This document shows positions 29,162-32,534 of a stretch of 32,534 nucleotides of DNA, one piece after another. This DNA comes from a virus. Under the pieces are notes generated by a model. The model ran no database searches and was not told the origin of the DNA. It saw nothing but the letters and a program-made list of their open reading frames with translations. How positions within the stretch are numbered: position 1 is the first letter of the stretch; each line of letters opens with the position of its first letter. The position numbers and the translations under genes were made by a program. The DNA lies in IMG/VR virus record IMGVR_UViG_3300035510_000237; one strand, given 5' to 3'.

Positions 29162-29539
29162 TTAAAAATTATATTCCGTAGATTCATTTGTAGAAGGAAT
29201 CTACGGAAGGGCAGATTTGATCTGGTTAATGGCTGACTCAAACTCTTCTCTTGTTATGTAATTGCCCATATTATTATTTATTTGTTCAGTTGTGGGCATT
29301 TCCTTTAATTCATACATATTGAAAAGCGCTGAGCCATCCATCCCAATCTGTTTAGTATAAATGCGTTTATTTGCCAAATCTGGAAAAAAGAATACTGACC
29401 CATCAAAATCAATAGTGGTGGCTCTTACTTCGTCCAATGAGGATACTGGCCTACCTTTTAAATTATACTATAGCTATTGTTGATAAGTGTTCTATGTCCG
29501 GTATGGCGTTTGTTGCTATGGATAGTAGTTAGTATACAT
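29162..29539 (-). CDS. hypothetical protein with Gln/Tyr-rich N-terminus partly encoded by TAG (125 aa, 5 TAG)
   Basis: ATG (plus CAT 29537-29539) after AAGGAA. Reads MYTNYYPQQQTPYRTQNTYQQQLQYN..., where four of the Gln codons are TAG. An alternative ATG lies at 29581. TAA at plus 29162-29164. Confidence 0.4.
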
Positions 29540-29659
29540 TTTATTTCCTTCTTTCTAACAGTTCTTCTCTAACCCTTCCATAGCTATATAAAAAATAAAT
29601 GGGATAAATTTACTAATTTTGTCCTAAAAACTTAAAAAAATTTTTAATAAAATATAACA

Positions 29660-29716
29660 GAAAAATGGGGAACCGCTCTACCTTTAAAGAGCGGTTCCCC
29701 ATTTTATTTTTTATTA
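29660..29716. terminator. bidirectional rho-independent terminator
   Basis: 13-bp perfect stem GGGGAACCGCTCT/AGAGCGGTTCCCC with T-tracts on both strands. Confidence 0.75.
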
Positions 29717-30106
29717 AGAAACCTTTAATTGATTAACCTGTGACTCAATTTTTTGATTGATATAAGTCTCTAAATCTCCAACAGCAGAAGATAAATAGCT
29801 TTGTGCCTCTTGGCTCAGGATTGTCATAACTGCTTGATAAGTTTGCTAGAAAGCAGCTTTTTGAGCTTCTGTGTCAAAACTACCTTGAGCTTTTAAAGAA
29901 TTTACATATGTTTGATTTGTAGCAGTTACACATTCTGTAATTGTCTAATCTAACATCTCAATATATTTCTTAGTTGTTTCATCCTCTATATTAGAAGTAA
30001 CTTCCTCAGTCTTAGAATTTATCCATTTAACAAAGAAACTCGTTAAAATGGTTAAAAGTGGAATTAAAACAATCTCAAAAATTTCAGTGATTAATTCTTG
30101 TGCCAT
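29714..30106 (-). CDS. holin-like protein: N-terminal TM helix plus long coiled-coil tail (130 aa, 2 TAG)
   Basis: RBS AAGGGAGAG 6 nt before ATG (plus CAT 30104-30106). Reads MAQELITEIFEIVLIPLLTILTSFFVKW..., followed by a Q/E/K-rich helix. Confidence 0.45.
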
Positions 30107-30223
30107 ATAAATCTCTCCCTTCATATTAAATATGAAAAAGTAGCATAATAAATTATCTAACTTAGGCCATTTAAAGATAATAATATTCTACTAAAAATTA
30201 ACAAATATAGAGATAATTTCCAG

Positions 30224-30252
30224 TTGCATTATGATGAAAAAAATGATATAAT
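30224..30252 (+). promoter_or_regulatory. sigma70 promoter (TTGCAT-17-TGaTATAAT)
   Basis: TTGCAT at 30224-30229 and TATAAT at 30247-30252, upstream of the DGR target gene. Confidence 0.5.
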
Positions 30253-30284
30253 ATTTATAGAAATTAAGAAAGGAGGAACGTATT

Positions 30285-31811
30285 ATTTCAAACAAAGTAA
30301 TTTTACTTGAATAGGGTGGAATTAACACCAATGCAGTTACTTTATCAGGCATTACTGTCTCAACATTACCGACTAAAACAGTATATGAATACGGTGATTC
30401 TTTTGACCCTACTGGCATGGTAATTACTGCGACTTATACTGATGGTACTACTGCAATAGTATCTAATTATATTTATACACCAACTTCTGTTTTAAATACA
30501 ATAGGAAGTTAGGCAGTCCTTATATCTTATAGCGAAAACGGATTAACTTATCTTAATAGTGTAACAATTACAGTAAACCGTAAAAAAATTTCTATACCTA
30601 CTTGGAAATCAAATTTAACTTATAATGGTAATACCTAGCATGTAGATGCTGAACAATATTGGAATAATTATGATTCTAGTAAAATGGTTATTAGTGGAAC
30701 TACATCTGGCACAAATGCTAGTACGTATTCCGCTTCATTTACACCAGGAAGTAATTATTAGTGGTCTGACGAAACAACTTCTGCAAAATCTGTAAATTGG
30801 ACTATTAATAAGGCTACTGGATATTTATATATAAATGGAAGTGTCAGTAGCCCAACAGTAAGTTTAGATTCTAGTAATTCTAGTTACTCTGCTACCATAA
30901 CAGGTTCAGGTACTATTAGTTATACACCTACTTCAGTGACTGGATTAACTTTAAGTCTTAGCAATGGGACTTTCACTGTTAAAGCTACAGCTAATGTTTC
31001 CTCACAAATTATTACCATTAAATGCGCGGCAAGTACCAATTATACAGCCCCTGCAAATTTAACTATTACAGTTAGCGCAAATGTTTGGTCATGGGGAGAT
31101 GAAACTGCAGTAGGCGACGCTGACTGGTGGGCTAGACTAAAGTCTTGGGCTTCTACAGCTTCTGCCACAGAAAGATCTGATTGCGTTGGTAAGAAAAAAT
31201 TAGTCAGCTTATCTACCTCAGTGCTTGGCGCTAATGCGGCTACAATGATATGTATTGGAGCTGACTAGGATGGGTCAAATACTTTAACCTTTTAGACTGC
31301 TGGAGTATTGCCCAATACAACTGCTTTTAGCTCTTCTAGTGCCGTTTGGATAGGTTCTACTGCTAGAACTTTATGTTAGAATTTCTATAATTATTGTAGT
31401 GCAAAAAATTCAATAAAAACTATTAGTAAAGGCACTTGCGCATCTACTAATAGTTCTAAAAGTGGCACAGCAACTTATAATGATGAAACAGTTTTTTTAC
31501 CATCAGAGGCTGAAATGGGTTTAGATTCTTATTCTAGCTTGACTTATAGTAATTCTACTACAAGTAACGCCGAATGTACTAAAGGATTAAAATTTAAATA
31601 TAGTTATTATAGTTCTAATACTACAAGAATTAAATATGTTATGAGCGCAGATGGTACAATTGGTTCAACAGCTGGTTATTATTGGGAGAGGTCGCGTTAC
31701 TACAACTCGGGCAACTCGAACATTGTTTGCCATGTCTACGGTGATGGATCTGCGGTCAACTCCGGCTACTACAACAGCTGTTACTTGGCCCCCGCTTTCG
31801 CCATCGGCTAA
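30285..31811 (+). CDS. DGR target (variable) protein: bacterial Ig-like domain plus Ser/Thr-rich region plus C-terminal variable repeat; putative receptor-binding tail fibre (508 aa, 7 TAG; apparent ATT start)
   Basis: GGAGGA at 30272-30277 is followed by ATT ATT, and no in-frame ATG/GTG/TTG occurs upstream. An Ig-like domain VTLSGITVSTLPTKTVYEYGDSFDPTGMVITATYTDGTT follows. Seven TAGs interrupt the frame, and the gene ends at TAA 31809-31811. The last 36 codons are the VR. Confidence 0.7.
31690..31798 (+). repeat. DGR variable repeat (VR)
   Basis: 109 nt. 92 of 109 positions are identical to the TR at 32392-32500. All 17 mismatches lie opposite TR adenines. The 3' end TTACTTGGCCCCCG is shared with the TR (IMH-like). 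Confidence 0.85.
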
Positions 31812-31885
31812 TACCAAAAGAATCAAACTCGCCGTTAATAAAAAAATCAAACAAACTTAACCATTTTAACAAAGAAAGGTAATAT

Positions 31886-32359
31886 ATGTCAGTTAAACTT
31901 AAAGATCGTCATTTAGCAAAAAAAGATTGTTTACAAAAATCCCGAGAATTAATAAATTATATTTTAATATTAACTAGACCAAGAGAATATAATGAAGAAG
32001 GAAAACAAATACAAAAACCTGGATTATTAGGAGAAGGCCAAGCTTTATCAGCCTTTGGCATAGATATATTGAAGTGTGGAAAAAGAATTCATGCTTGTTG
32101 CTTTAATGCTTGTAATATTTATATTAAAAATAAAGAGACCTATGAAGCAAGACGAGAATATTTCTATGAGGCAATTAAATATTGTGACAGTATTTTTAGG
32201 CAAATTGACTTATGTATCTTTCAATACGCTAAAAATAATAAAAAGAAAAGAAATTCTTTTTATCATTTAAGTAAATTAAACTTAACAATGAAACGTTCTA
32301 TTCAAGACAGAATGAATAGAGACAAAATAATTTATGAACATAACTATTTAAATAAATAA
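31886..32359 (+). CDS. DGR accessory protein candidate (Avd position; basic 157-aa protein)
   Basis: Located between VR and TR as Avd is in canonical DGRs. K/R-rich. No recognisable four-helix-bundle (NIAEG-type) Avd motif was seen. Confidence 0.45.
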   Translation: MSVKLKDRHLAKKDCLQKSRELINYILILTRPREYNEEGKQIQKPGLLGEGQALSAFGIDILKCGKRIHACCFNACNIYIKNKETYEARREYFYEAIKYCDSIFRQIDLCIFQYAKNNKKKRNSFYHLSKLNLTMKRSIQDRMNRDKIIYEHNYLNK

Positions 32360-32391
32360 ATGAAAAAATACAGGTTAAATTCTATTTTTTC

Positions 32392-32500
32392 GGTCGCGTT
32401 ACTACAACTCGAACAACTCGAACAATGTTTGCAATGTCAACAGTGATGGATCTGCGAACAACAACAACTACAACAACAGCAATTACTTGGCCCCCGATTA
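32392..32500 (+). repeat. DGR template repeat (TR)
   Basis: In the VR frame it reads S R Y Y N S N N S N N V C N V N S D G S A N N N N Y N N S N Y L A P D. This is an AAC/AAT-rich template. It is non-coding in situ. The reverse transcriptase is expected downstream, beyond the window end. Confidence 0.85.
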
Positions 32501-32534
32501 GATGGAGTATTTGCGTTGCGGCCTTAGTGAGCCG

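Noticed and set aside
262-30252. CRISPR-like repeated motif
   Set aside because: The recurring roughly 29-nt units are promoters (-35/-10 boxes) in front of genes. They are not regularly spaced direct repeats with spacers.
30191-30418. Minus-strand 75-aa ORF
   Set aside because: It overlaps the promoter, RBS and 5' end of the DGR target gene. Low-complexity translation.

Overview
This window is an AT-rich (~33% GC) stretch of a virulent-type phage genome or large prophage, probably infecting a Firmicutes-like host. The host assignment rests on canonical sigma70 TTGACA-N17-TATAAT promoters and AGGAGG ribosome-binding sites. The central observation is that TAG is not a stop codon here. More than 80 in-frame TAGs sit inside otherwise continuous, homology-supported genes, while TAA and TGA terminate genes. 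One paralogous pair shows TAG equals Gln directly: the GIY-YIG motif reads YIG-Q(CAA)-S in one copy and YVG-(TAG)-S in the other. This matches translation table 15. Reading with TAG as Gln gives a gene-dense forward-strand DNA-metabolism module. It contains the 3' end of a NAD-dependent ligase, a ThyX-like gene split by an ORF-less group I intron, a Sak4-like ATPase, and a DnaB-like helicase split by a group I intron that carries a LAGLIDADG homing endonuclease. It continues with a DnaG-like primase, a RecJ-like exonuclease, a frameshifted RecD/Dda-like helicase, a DnaE-type polymerase, a guanylate kinase-like kinase, and nrdD plus nrdG separated by a free-standing GIY-YIG homing endonuclease, followed by dUTPase and a RuvC-like resolvase. 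An antisense six-gene cassette lies at 27.2-30.1 kb between two bidirectional terminators. It encodes a holin-like protein, a Gln-rich protein partly built from TAG codons, a membrane Cys-rich protein and a beta-rich domain protein. The 3' end holds the core of a diversity-generating retroelement (DGR). A 508-aa Ig-domain target gene ends in a variable repeat (VR, 31690-31798). A small accessory ORF follows, then the template repeat (TR, 32392-32500). All 17 VR/TR mismatches fall on TR adenines in AAY codons. The reverse transcriptase must lie beyond the window. No CRISPR array, rRNA or tRNA was found; no suppressor tRNA is visible in this window.
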